Below, one piece after another: positions 24,601 through 35,800 of a stretch of DNA of 64,000 nucleotides (its first letter is position 1; each line of letters starts with the position of its first letter). The position numbers and the translations under genes are program-made. Source of the DNA: Lama guanicoe (lineage: Eukaryota); the NCBI GenBank assembly GCA_013239625.1, contig MU053645.1, positions 1,294,274-1,358,273 on the forward strand, written 5' to 3'. A model generated the notes under the pieces. That model ran no database searches and was not told where the DNA came from. It saw only the letters and a program-made list of their open reading frames with translations.

Positions 24601-25520
24601 CAGACTAGGTGGCTTAAACAGCAGAAATGTCTTTTCTCACGGTACTAGGGGCTGGAAGTCCAAGATGTCAACTGGGTTAGTTTCTTCTTCTGGGTTAGTT
24701 TGTTCTGAGGTCTCTCTCCATGGCTTGCTCATAGCTACCCTCTTGCTGCCTCTTCACATGGTTGTCCCTCATCCCTCTATGTACACGTGTTCCTGGTGTC
24801 TCTTCCTTTTCTGATATGGACACCAGGCATAGTGGATTCACTGACTCACCTTTATAATAATTACCTAATTAAAGACCTGATCTCCAAATACAGTTACATT
24901 CTGAGGTACTGGGGGTTGGGATTTCAACACATAAAGTTTGGAGGAACACAATCCAGCCCATAATAGCAGTCTTATTTATAAGAATCAAAAAGTGGGAACA
25001 ATCCAAATGTCCTTTAACAGGTGGATGGTTAAGCCAGCTGTGGTACATTCCTAGGATGGAATATTACTCAGCAATAAAAAGGAACAAATTACTGATACAC
25101 ACAGCAACCAGGAAGAATTTCCAGGGAATTATGCTGAGCGAAAAAGTCAATATGAAAAGGTTACACACTATATGATTCAGTTTTTATAATACTCTTAAAA
25201 TGACAAAATTATAGAAATAGAGAAGAAATTCATGGTCACTGAGGTCAGGGACAGGGAGTAGCTGTGTGTCTATAAAAGGGCCACACATCTCCACAGGGAG
25301 ATGAGTGTGACTATACAAGGGTAACACGAGGGGTCCTTGTGGTGATGTTACTGCTCTCTACCTCAATGGCATCAATGTCAATAGCCTGGCTGTGAAATTG
25401 TACTACAACTTCTCAGTATATTACCAATGGGGGACAAGGGTAAAGGATACATGGGATCTCTGTGTACTATTTCTTATGTGTACCTGCATCTACAATTAAC
25501 TCCAAATAAAACCAATAAAA
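21605..25520 (+). mobile_element. L1MC-like element: 5'UTR, ORF1, mostly deleted ORF2, 3'UTR
   Basis: GC-richer 5'UTR 21.6-22.45 kb; ORF1 motifs (ttgaaagcagccagaaagaaa, gacttctcatcagaaacc); ORF2 remnants; L1MC 3' end ggatacatgggatctctgtgtactatttctta...aataaa. Confidence 0.85.
24566..24965 (-). mobile_element. MaLR LTR (MLT1B-like) nested in L1MC
   Basis: tgtattagtttgctcaggctgccataacaaaatacc...cacaatccagcccataata. Confidence 0.85.
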
Positions 25521-26089
25521 ATCAATTGTTAGATAAACTGTCATAAAAATAAATATAAAAAGGAGTTATAGTTCTCTATAAAAAGTTATTTGTTGAATAA
25601 AGAAATGAATGAATGGTTTAACTTTCCAGTTAACCACTCATAACCACTAACCATATTCTCATAACCACTAACCATATTCTTTAACAAGATGCTACCCTCT
25701 GCCTAGACATGTGTCACTCTGAAGAGGATATTGATGCTACAAAGCCACATGAAAGCTATAAGACTGTAACAGAGAGAAAGGATAAGAAAATGAGTGAACA
25801 GCTATTACAAATGGTTACAGGAAAATACCTTTGGGACTCGTGTGAAAGCCTGAGGGCAGGAATAGAAGAACAGCTAGCTGGGCGATATGTGCACAGGAAT
25901 AAGGGAATTAGAGAAGGTTCCTGGGAGTAAGGCACCAAGGCAGCTTTACTCGGCAGGAGTTTGTATGGTTGGACAGAGAGGAGGTTTGATCCTGTACTAA
26001 GGGGTGAAGCAAAAATGGAGCTTTCTTCATCAGAGTCAACGGCAGCTGAGAGGGAAAGAGCTACAAGCTTGGCTCAGGATAAAAGTAAG

Positions 26090-26818
26090 GGGGAGTTCCC
26101 TTTTCTCCATACCCTCTCCAGCATTTATCATTTGTGGACTTTTTAACGATGGCCATTCTGACTGGTGTGAGGTGATACCTCATTGTAGTTTTGATTTGCA
26201 TTTCTCTGATAATTAGCACTATTGAGCATTTTTTCATGTGCCTATTGGCCATTTGTATGTGTTCATTGGAGAATTGCTTGTTTACATCTTCTGCCCATTT
26301 TTTTGACTGGGTTCATTTTTTTGTTATTAAGTTGTATGAGCTGTTTATATATCCTTGAAATTAAGCCTTTGTCAGTTACATCATTTGCAAATATTTTCTC
26401 CCATTCTGTAGGTTGGCTTTTTGTTTTGCTTATGGCTTCCTTTGCTGTGCAAAAGCTTATAAGTTTAATTAGGTCCCCTTTGTTTATTTTTGCTTTTATT
26501 TCTATTGCCTGGGTAGACTGCCCTAGGAGAACACTGCTAAGGTTTATGTCAGAGAATGTTTTGCCTATGTTTTCTTCTAGGAGAGTTATCGTGTCTTGTC
26601 TTATATTTAAGTCTCTAAGCCATTTTGAGTTTATTTTTGTGTATGGTGTGAGGGAGAATTCTAACTTCATTGATTTACATGCAGCTGTCCAGTTTTCCCA
26701 ACACCATTTGCTGAAGAGACTGTCTCTTCTCCATTGTATATTCTTGCCTCCTCTGTTGAAGATTAGTTGACCGTAAGTCTGTGGGCTTATTTTGGGGCTC
26801 TCTATTCTGTTCCATTGA
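26090..26818 (-). mobile_element. Young camelid-type L1 ORF2 internal fragment, truncated at both ends
   Basis: ORF 26263-26670 ([11 protein letters not shown]...[14 protein letters not shown]...EWEKIFAN) and 26061-26252 ([11 protein letters not shown]); no 3'UTR or poly(A). Confidence 0.95.
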
Positions 26819-26936
26819 AATCCATTTGGATTTCATTTATGGGCCTCCACTTGCCCCTCAGAAAATAGAACTGTGCTTCCCAAGGTTTGATTTGAGATGT
26901 TCATCTCTGGCTGTTCCTACTTCTGACCTCCCTGGG

Positions 26937-27295
26937 TGTCTCAGTCCGCTTGGGCTGCTATAACAAAACACCACAGATCAGGTGGCCTGTAAACAACATA
27001 AATTTATTACTGACAGTTCTGGAGGCTGAAAGTCTGAGATCAGGAGGCCAAGTGTGCTTGAGTGAGAGCCCTCTTTTCGGGTCACAGACTTTTCACTGTA
27101 TCCTAATGTAGTAGAAGGGATGAGCTAGTTCTCTACGGCCTCTTTTATAAGGGCACTAACCCCATTTGTGAGGACTTTGCCCTCCTGACATAATCATCTC
27201 GGCAAAGGCCCCCACCTCTAAATACCATCACATTGGACTTTAAGAGTTCAACATATGAATCTGGGGGGAGGGAACACAAACATTCAGGCCACAGC
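26937..27295 (-). mobile_element. MaLR LTR (MLT1A-like)
   Basis: tgtctcagtccgcttgggctgctataacaaaacacc...ttataagggcactaacccc...acacaaacattcagg. Confidence 0.88.
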
Positions 27296-27394
27296 TCTAG
27301 GTAACCCCCAACCCTCCACACTGAGTCCAATTTCAGAATCTGAAACCCCTTCAAGGCCCTTGTTTACCTGACCAGAACTCTAGCCAGGCGCACA

Positions 27395-27414
27395 CAGGCG
27401 CCCCCTGCAGGGGA
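27395..27414 (-). promoter_or_regulatory. Candidate CTCF binding site
   Basis: Minus strand CCCCTGCAGGGGGCGCCTG against consensus TGGCCACCAGGGGGCGCTA; CpG retained. Confidence 0.65.
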
Positions 27415-27584
27415 GGGATGAGACAAGTTCCATTCCAATCTCGCTGCTCCATAAAGCTTTGCGGAGTGGGAAGAGATGGACAACATCACACTTGTAACCT
27501 CTGAGTCAAGAACAGAACCAGAATCAATGTGAAGTTAGAACAGAGACCATACTAACAAGTGCAGTGGTTAAATTACGAACAACA

Positions 27585-27812
27585 ATTATGGAGCAATGAC
27601 TACGTGCTAGATACTGTTTTAAGAAATTCATATGTTTAACACATTTAATAACCACAACAACCTGAGATAAGTACTATTACTATACTCATTTTACACTTGA
27701 AGAAACTGAGGCACAAAATACTGAGTGATTTGTCCAAAGACTCACAGCTAGGAAGTGCTCACTGGTAGACAAAGGCGATTTGGCACCACAGGCTTTATTC
27801 TTAACTATACTA
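27585..27812 (-). mobile_element. MIR SINE
   Basis: cattttacacttgaagaaactgaggcaca...ttgtccaaagactcacagctaggaagtg. Confidence 0.85.
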
Positions 27813-27993
27813 TGTGAGGAAACAGTGACAATGAGGCCGTCTGCAGGCCAGGAGGAGACCTCTCACCAGAACCTGACCATGCTGGCACCCTAACCTTGGA
27901 CTTCCAGCCTCCAGAACCATAAGAAAAAATATTTCTATTGTTTTAGCTACTCAGTCTACAGTATTTGTTATGGCAACCCAAACTGACTGAGAC
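27813..27993 (+). mobile_element. MaLR LTR 3' half (MLT1A-like)
   Basis: ctcaccagaacctgaccatgctggcaccctaaccttggacttccagcctccagaac...gttatggcaacccaaactgactgagaca. Confidence 0.88.
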
Positions 27994-28639
27994 AGGACTA
28001 AATTAGCCTGCCTCATTCCTCTGCCCTCCTAAAACACTGGCTGTAGATAAAATACTCATAAAGAAAACAGAAAGGGTAGTTCCATGTACTAACCTAGATC
28101 CTAGGTGGCTATAGGAGAAGTCATTTAGAAATTAGTTTTAATGGGACATAAACGATTCACAACACAGCAAAGTAATTTCACTCTGATATCAAATTTCAGG
28201 GCTGTTTTAAATGGTAACCAAATGCCAAGTTGGCTAAACCCCAGAGCAATACAGTGACCTAAAAGGGAAAAAAGAAAGTCACAAAAAGGGGATACCAGCC
28301 TAGATCCCTAAGGAGGAGTGAAAAGAAATAATATGAGACATAAAAGGTAACAAGAAAACATTCCCAGATAACACAAGGTAAGAAAGAAGGACCACAGAAC
28401 ATGATGTTCCTCAGATAAATGAGGAGAGAAAGTTGAGAACAGGTGACTGAGCAAAGCTATTTTCCTGGTCTTGCTGAAAACGTCCAGGTGTGATCAGTTA
28501 CCCCAAATAAAAGCCACAGATGAAGGGAGGTTGGTTTGTCAGACCACAGCAAGGAAAAGACCAGCTGAAAAGAGCATTAAAATGCTGAATGGGCCATTAC
28601 AGAAAACTGGCAGATGAGAAGCCTTAGAGATCTCCTTTA

Positions 28640-28769
28640 TGTTTTTTATTTATTTTTTCTGGGGAGGTAATTAGGTTTGTTTATTTATTATCTAATGGAG
28701 GCACTGGGTATTGAACCCAGGACTTCACACATGCTAAGCATGCACTCTACCACTGAGCTCTACCCTCCC
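28640..28769 (-). mobile_element. Camelid tRNA-derived SINE (Vic-1 type)
   Basis: Minus strand gggagggtagagctcagtggtagagtgcatgcttagcatg...ctgggttcaatacccagtgcctcc...cctaattacctcccc with A-rich tail. TSD agagatctccttta / agggatctccttta. Confidence 0.9.
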
Positions 28770-29238
28770 AGGGATCTCCTTTAGAAGTGTTCAAGCCTAG
28801 AATACACAGTGGAGACAGCAAGTCTACAAAAGGTCAGTTTACTTTACCCGTGTTTCATTTACTCACTACAATCTGAAAGGTGAACTCTTCTTTCTTTCAT
28901 GTTCTTTCATGTCCTTCCCCTAGCACCTGGAACAAAGTGGGATACATGGTAGAAGCTTACTAAATGCTTGCTGATGTCAACAGATAGAAGAGCTTCATAT
29001 TCTAGGTAGCAACCAACATGCTTCTGTGCAGAGCAACCTACAATAAATTATAACAATCCCACTATGAATTGCCATCTGGAAAAAATATGGGGAAACTGAT
29101 ATTGATATTGACATGAGGTGATACTGGAGGTGGGTTCTGGACGATGAAAAGGAAGCAGCTACGTCTGGTAGAAGAGCATTCCAAGGAGAGAGATGCACAA
29201 TGAGTTGGAAAAATAGTTCTTATTCTCAGGGAACATGT

Positions 29239-29766
29239 TGTTGCCAGAGAATAGGTTCTTGTCTCACACAGGAAAGAATTCAAGAGCAAGGCATAATAAA
29301 GCAAAAGTAAGTTTATTCAGGGAGATACACACTCCATAGACAGAGTGAGGTCCAACTCAGAAGGCAAGAGAGGCAGCCTAGGAGATACACATTTCATAGA
29401 CAGAATGAGGTTGTCTCAGAAGGGAGAGTGGCCCGGAGGTGTGGGGGTGTTTAGTTTTTATGGGCTGGGTAATTTCATATGCTAACTAGTGCGAGAATTA
29501 TTCCAGATACGTTGGGGAAAGGGCAGGGATTTCTAGGAATTGGGCCCCGCCCAATTTTGAGCCTTTGCTGGTCAGCCTGGGAACTGTCATGGCACCTGTG
29601 GGTGTGTCATTTAGCATGCTAATGTGTTACAATGAGCCTATGATGAGGTTCAAGGTCTATTGGAAGTTGGATTTTCTGCCATCTTGGTTCTAATCAGTTT
29701 ATGTCTTATCCTCAATTGCTGTGTCATTCTTAACGGTTGTGCCCTGTCTTCTCCCCTCCTGTATCA
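29239..29766 (-). mobile_element. MER41-like ERV1 solo LTR
   Basis: TG..CA ends, 4-bp TSD atgt/atat. MER41-type blocks aagtaagtttatt, atacacactccatagacagag, atatgctaa, gaactgtcatggcac, gccatcttggtt. GAS site TTCTAGGAA at 29531-29539. Confidence 0.8.
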
Positions 29767-30547
29767 ATATTAGCAGACCTCTATCTACTCTTTTCCTTGC
29801 TCCACTCTAGCCATACGACACTTTTCACTTTTATTGTATGCCTTTCAACGTGTCATTTCCCCTGCCTGCAAACACTTCTCCCACTCCCTTTGGTTATCTT
29901 CTCCTAGCGTTCAGGATTCAGGGTAAAGATGCCTTCCTGAGGAAGGCCTTCCTCAATATCCCTCGAATGAGATTAGGATTCCATGCTAGAATTCCCATAG
30001 CACCCTGCACTTTGCTTTTATAACTCTCATCCTACATATGATTCACTTAATGCGTACATTCCTTGCTTTGCTGTAAGTTGCATGAGGGTAGAGGCCATGT
30101 ACTATTGCTGTCATTATCATCATCACCATCATCACATTATCATCTGCCTTTTGAAGACAAACATTCAGCTGCTGGAATCAGGAATCTGAGCTTAATTGTC
30201 TTTACGGTCCTGTGATTTAACTTAATACACAGATAGAACATTTTTCACAGCTGCTTTAAAGTTTAAATATGTCTTTTCCATTTAGTAAACTGCATTCATT
30301 CCCATCAATGTCTACTCTATTCATCATTCCGCAAATTAAATTCCCTGAAGTGACTTTCTGCCATAATCAAGGCTTTCCAAACTTAGAGTGCACCAGAATT
30401 ACCTGGATTTTTGGTCAAAAACACATCACACTCACTTGTCATAGTTTTTGAACATCTTGCACTGCCCATTGCTATCCAATTTTAGAGTAGCAAATGAATA
30501 AAATATAATTGGAGATTCCTAGATTAAAAAGAGGTCATTTTTAAAAC

Positions 30548-31278
30548 AACTTTTAATTGAAGTATAGTTAGTTTACAATGTTGTGTTAATTTCTGGTGTA
30601 CAGCATAGTGATTCAGTTATACATATACATATATGTATTCTTTTTCATATTCTTTTCCATTATGGTGAATTACAGGATGTCAATATAGTTCCCTGTGCTA
30701 TACACTAAGACCTTGCTGTTTATCTGTTTTATATATAGTAGTTAGTAACTGCCAATCTCAAACTCCACCCCCGCTTCCCATCCTGGTAGCCACAAGTTTG
30801 TTTTCCATGTCTGTGAGTCTGCTTCTGTTTGGTAATAAGTTCACTTATGTCTTTATTTTAGATTCCACATATAAGTGATATCATATGGTATTTTTCTTTC
30901 TCTTTCTGGCTTACTTCACTTAGAATGATGATCTCCAGGTCCATCCATGTTGCTGGCATTATTTTATTATTTTTATGGCTGAGTAGTATTCCATTGTATA
31001 AATATACCACACCTTCTTTATCCAGTCCTCTGTCAATGGACATTTAGGTTATTTCCATGTCTTGGCTATTGTAAATAGTGCTTCTGTGAACATTGGGGTG
31101 TATGTGACTTTTCAAATTAGAGTTTCCTCTGGATATATGCCCAGGAATGGGATTGCTGGATCATACAGTAAGTCTACTTTTAGTTTTTAAGGAATCATCA
31201 TACTGTTTGTCATAAATGGCTGCACCAAACTACATTCACAGCAACAGTCTAGGAGGGCTCCCATTTCTCCACACCCTC
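30548..31278 (-). mobile_element. Artiodactyl/camelid L1 3' end (5'-truncated)
   Basis: Tail plus ORF2 end (ORF 30858-31043, WMDLEIIILSEVSQKEKEKYHMISLICGI). Confidence 0.93.
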
Positions 31279-32559
31279 AAGGAGAGGCAGTTTTGAGCTC
31301 TGATAACTTTCAGCCATCAATACAGAAAGAAAATCTTGTCATGTAGGATGTGAATGTTTCTTACGTAAACCTAGCAAAGAACACAGAGTAGAAGGAATTG
31401 AAAATTCTTTCAAAGCCACTTTGGATTTCCCAAGCTTTCTTGCGCAAGATAAAATTTTAATGTAGCAAAATTGGCTTGAAGTTCTGCAGAAAGTACTGGG
31501 TGCAGTTCAACTTTGAGCATGTTCTCTAATTTAAAAAGTCAATAATTGGAAGATGAAAAATAATGAGCTCTATTACAGTGCTAATAGCTTAATGAGGGAT
31601 TTGGGGTTTGTTTATGCACTTGTATTGTTTTTCTAGACTGGCCTCCTATCAGAAATCTTTTTAAAGCAATAGTATAGAGTGGATCGGAAAGTGAGAGGCG
31701 ATTCAGAACTAGATGAAAATCCTACATTTAGCATGGATTTTTTTTCACATTACATTTAGTGTCTGACCCTAGAGCCTAAATGTCCATGGGATTTGCACTT
31801 ATAGCTGATAGGGCCTGCTTTACCGTGCTGGCACAGAGAGGGGGATTTTCTGAGTACCTGATGGTTCCAATCCTGAAAGCCAAGGTTACACCAAATAGAG
31901 TCTAAAGGAAGCCACGCAGATGTGCAAGAATGATATGAAAATGCCTGCTTCTTATTAAGAAGATGAGTAATTTCCATCCCACCATACTCTTTGCTCCTAG
32001 TGATGCTTTTTTTGGGGGGGGGTACATACAACTGCTCTTATTGAAGGTAAGATGGCTAGGCATTTTGAGAAATGTCCATGGTCACTTACCACCAACTAAA
32101 GGGAGAAAAAACTTTGAAGAAAACATGCAGGAAGTGCCCAGCATTTAGCTGAAACATCCATGCTTTGAGGTTGAAGGGGAAAAGCTTTTCCAATATTACT
32201 ATCTAAATGAGGCACTTTTGCAATGCATTCTGAAGCAAGGAAGACTAAAGGGCTCTCTTTTTCAATAAACTCACACACAAACACACACACACGTACTTAT
32301 CAGGTCTTCAGCAAAAGGGTAAAATGGATTAGATTGTCTCTGGCTCTCAGCTAGCCTTTCTGTACTCACAACTCTCTTCTTATTTGGTGCCCTCCAGCAC
32401 CCACTGTTTGCCTTCCCCATTTCCCTCAGGGGGAAGTGGTGAGTCCCCTCTAGGAAGCACCCTAGGTACTGAACTGTTCCCTCCCTGACTCCCAAGCCAC
32501 ATCGCATGTTGCATCCTCCATTCCATCTCCATTCCACTTGATCAGAACCCTGCTCCCTG

Positions 32560-32894
32560 TTTAAGTTAAGCTGACTCTCTCTCTTGCTTAAACCAGCTGC
32601 CATGTTGTGAGCAGCACTGTGGAAAGGCCCACTTGGTGGGGAACCGAAGGCTCCTGCTAACAGCCACATTAGTGAGCTTGGAAGTGTGTTCTTCAGCTGC
32701 AGTCAGGCTTTCGGATAACTGCGGTCCTGGATGACAGCTTCACTGAAAACTTTTGAGGGCTCCAGAGCCAGAACAACCCAACTAAACCCTTCTTGAACTT
32801 GTGACCTTCAGATATTTTCAGAAAATGCACGTTTGTTGTTCTAAGCTACTAAATTTGGGGTAAAGTTGTTGTACACCTGTAGATAACTAATACA
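32560..32894 (+). mobile_element. MaLR LTR (MLT1F-like)
   Basis: ccagctgccatgttgtgagcagc...gtgagcttggaagtg...aagctactaaatttggggt...tagataactaataca. Confidence 0.85.
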
Positions 32895-33164
32895 GCGTCC
32901 AAAATATCACCTACCTTAGAATGTCTCCTGACAGTGCCTACAGTTTTCAAAGTAGGTACTTAAGTTTCAAAGATATTGTCCACTCACCAATTTTTTAGAA
33001 TGTTTGTTTATCTGGAGGGAGGGTTGAGTGGTTCGTTAAGTCATTATTGGCCCCTAATACCTCACAGCAAATAAATTATCCAATATATTTGGCACCTACA
33101 AAACCTTACAAATAAGACTTAAGGGAATTCTTTTTGATCTTATTTGTTTTGCCTTACTTTAAGC

Positions 33165-33219
33165 TTTTCTTTCTTTCTTTCTTTCTTTCTCTCTTTCTTT
33201 CTTTCTTTCTTTCTTTTTT
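33165..33219. repeat. (TTTC)n microsatellite
   Basis: Read directly. Confidence 0.9.
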
Positions 33220-33714
33220 TAGTTTCTGATTATAAAAGGTTTGTTCGCTGTAGAAAATTTGGAAAATATACCAATCCAGAAGTGACCACTGTTAATAAGG
33301 GTCAGTGGAACCAAACTGCAGATGAGATCAAATGTGAGAATAAGAACTAAAAACCAATTTTCCTGAATTAATAGTTTGGTCGAGGATAGTGCTTTTCAAC
33401 CTATCAGATTCAGCATCCCTTTTTTCTAGTAAATATTTGTCATACTCACTTTATAGATAATATAACTATGAAATGAAATTCATAGATAATATAACTATGG
33501 TATACACATAATTTGAAAAAATAACATGCTGCCCTAACTGTAATATAAAGAAAGAGACAATAATTAATAATAAAATAACATGTATCTTATATGTAAATGC
33601 TTTGATATGGCTATACTAGGAAACACAATGAAGGGATCAGATGTTTACTCTGAATATGACAACTATATATGCAAATTAATTTGGGAGTGTCATATTGGTG
33701 TTTCAAACACTACA

Positions 33715-33990
33715 AGCACTATGCAAACCAGAAGACAATGGAGTGACACCTTTAAAGTAGTGAAAGAAAGAAGATATCAACCAGGAAGTCTATACCCAGC
33801 AAAACATCCTTCAAAAATAAAAGAGAAATAAAGACATCTTCAGACAAGAGCTGAGAGACTTCACTGCAAGCAGACTTGCAGCACAAGAAATGTTAAAGGG
33901 AGCTCTTCAGGCAAAAGGAGTACAATACCAGACAGATACTTGGATGTGTGGAAAAAAAAGTGATACATACCAGAAATGGTGGGAAAAAAA
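33715..33990 (+). mobile_element. Old L1 ORF1 fragment
   Basis: TMQTRRQWSDTFKVVKERRYQPGSLYPAK matches L1 ORF1 ARRQWxxIFKxLKE..PRILYPAK. Confidence 0.8.
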
Positions 33991-34054
33991 GGTAAATGCC
34001 ATGAGAAGCACTGCCATTAGTAACACAATTTTCCAAAATGGTGAATACAACTTG

Positions 34055-34245
34055 CTAAGGCTGTGTGGCCTTGATCAAGCTATTTAACTTCTCTGTGTCT
34101 CAGTTTCTTCATCTGTGAAATGGGAATAACAATAGTATGTACTTTTTAAGATGTTGCGAGGACTAAATAAGTTAAGGTATACATAACATGCTTACAATAG
34201 TGCCTGGCACATAGTAAGCTAGATAAATGATAGCTATTATTATTG
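34055..34245 (+). mobile_element. MIR SINE
   Basis: ttaacttctctgtgtctcagtttcttcatctgtgaaatggg...gtgcctggcacatagtaagc. Confidence 0.88.
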
Positions 34246-34727
34246 CTAAAGCTGTAAAAAAAAAGTACAATCTTTGTTCAATAAACAATTTCATTCCTAA
34301 AAAACTTTGCATATCTTAAAATTGTGCAAAATATACTTTGTGATTACAGGTAAAAGATATTTAGGCTCTAGGTTTGGATAATTTAAAATGTATTTTACAC
34401 CTACCTGAACACTTTGACTGACATTCAGAAGTCTTGTAGGACATGAATAGAACAATTCTTCATTGTGTGAAAAAGTAACACATTCTCACTGCAGAGCATC
34501 TAACGTCCCTAACTCTTCCTCTTACGCAGTAGCACCTTCCAGCATGAGACAACCAAGAACACCCTGAGAAAATTCCAAAACAACCCCTTCTAACAGTATA
34601 ATCCTATTGAAGATCCTAATCCAGGAGCTGGTCTAGGTACCATGTCCCATTACCTAAAGACAACGGGACAGACAGCTGGTTTCCCAGAAGAAGAATTTTC
34701 CTACATCCCCAATGTAGTAATATATCA

Positions 34728-34900
34728 ACCTAGGTTCAAACACTGATTAGTTATGTGACCTTAGGCTAATGTCTTAATCTCTCTGTACCTCAGTTTCTCT
34801 TTTGTAAAATGTGATTATAATAGTTCCTACCTTACAGAGTTGTGAGGATTTAATGAAATAATGTATGTACAGCACTTAGCAAAGTATCTGGCTCAAAATA
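34728..34900 (+). mobile_element. MIR SINE
   Basis: atgtgaccttaggc...ctcagtttctc...gtaaaatg...gttgtgaggatt. Confidence 0.85.
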
Positions 34901-35599
34901 GATAATAGTAGTGGTAGTTGTTGTTGTTAACATCCCTTTATGCTATTAGAGGAAGAATTCAGAAGAATCATTCATTGTGGCAGGACTTTTCGTGTCCACC
35001 AACTACTCCATGTACTCCCTTATATTTCCCAGCCCCCTTTGAGTTAGGGTAGGGCCTTGTGACTAGTTCTGGCCAATGAACTATGAGCAGAAGTGACATG
35101 TCATTCACTTAGAGGCTGAAGTAGGTAAGAGCTGGTGTGCTGTCTCCTTGTCTTTCTTCTCCACATCAGCCTTGCATAAGAGAGAAATAAGCTTCTGATC
35201 AGTGCATCCCTATTTAACAGATAAAGAGGTTGAAGCACAAAGAATGTAAGATCAAACTGGCTTTCATGTGCAGTGATATTCAGTCTCATGTGTACTGTAT
35301 CAAAGGTCCTTGACATAAACAAGAATTATATACCACTTCACCACTGCATGCAATTTCCCTCATGAAACTATCTGATAAGTAGAAAAAAATAGAACCCTGT
35401 TAAGGCAAAGGTGCTAGGTGGTGGGCTAGTCACTCACTAGCTAGGTGACTCTCTCCCATACTCTACCCTTGACTAGGAAATTCAGTTTCATGTCTTAGCA
35501 AAGGGACAAACTTTTCCATCATGGACCTGAAGTGTTATATTTAAAGAGTCAAGACAACAAATGATAAAATCACATATGCTAAGGATCTCCTATGTCCAA

Positions 35600-35800
35600 A
35601 TCACAGAACGTTAGAGGTGAAAGTGGATATTAGAGGTCATGTCATCTAATGCCTACACTTTACACATGAGGAAACTGAGGCCAAAGAAAGGAAAAAGGAT
35701 GGCTCCAAGATGATCAAGCTAGATAACGACAGTCCTGGAATAATTAACAAGGCCTCCTACCTCCTGAATCAGTAATCGTTCCACTCATGCCCACTATCTC
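35600..35800 (-). mobile_element. MIR SINE
   Basis: tttacacatgaggaaactgaggcc. Confidence 0.65.

Noticed and set aside
25639..25680. 21-bp tandem duplication (cataaccactaaccatattct x2)
   Set aside because: Simple slippage duplication with no sign of function.
26222..26770. 182-aa hydrophobic ORF, plus similar ORFs at 45508-45813, 46659-46919 and 63608-63967
   Set aside because: Antisense readings of L1 ORF2, a common artefact.
28700..28769. tRNA gene
   Set aside because: It is the tRNA-derived head of a SINE, with SINE tail and TSD.
26090..31278. L1 pieces at 26090-26818 and 30548-31278 abut in consensus coordinates, suggesting one split element
   Set aside because: Genomic order is wrong for a single minus-strand element, the short overlap has several mismatches, and the 30.5-kb copy looks older; probably coincidence.
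33385..34620. Possible fragmented hAT-Charlie element around the L1 and MIR pieces
   Set aside because: Only terminal-like motifs were recognised; family and limits cannot be supported without a database search.
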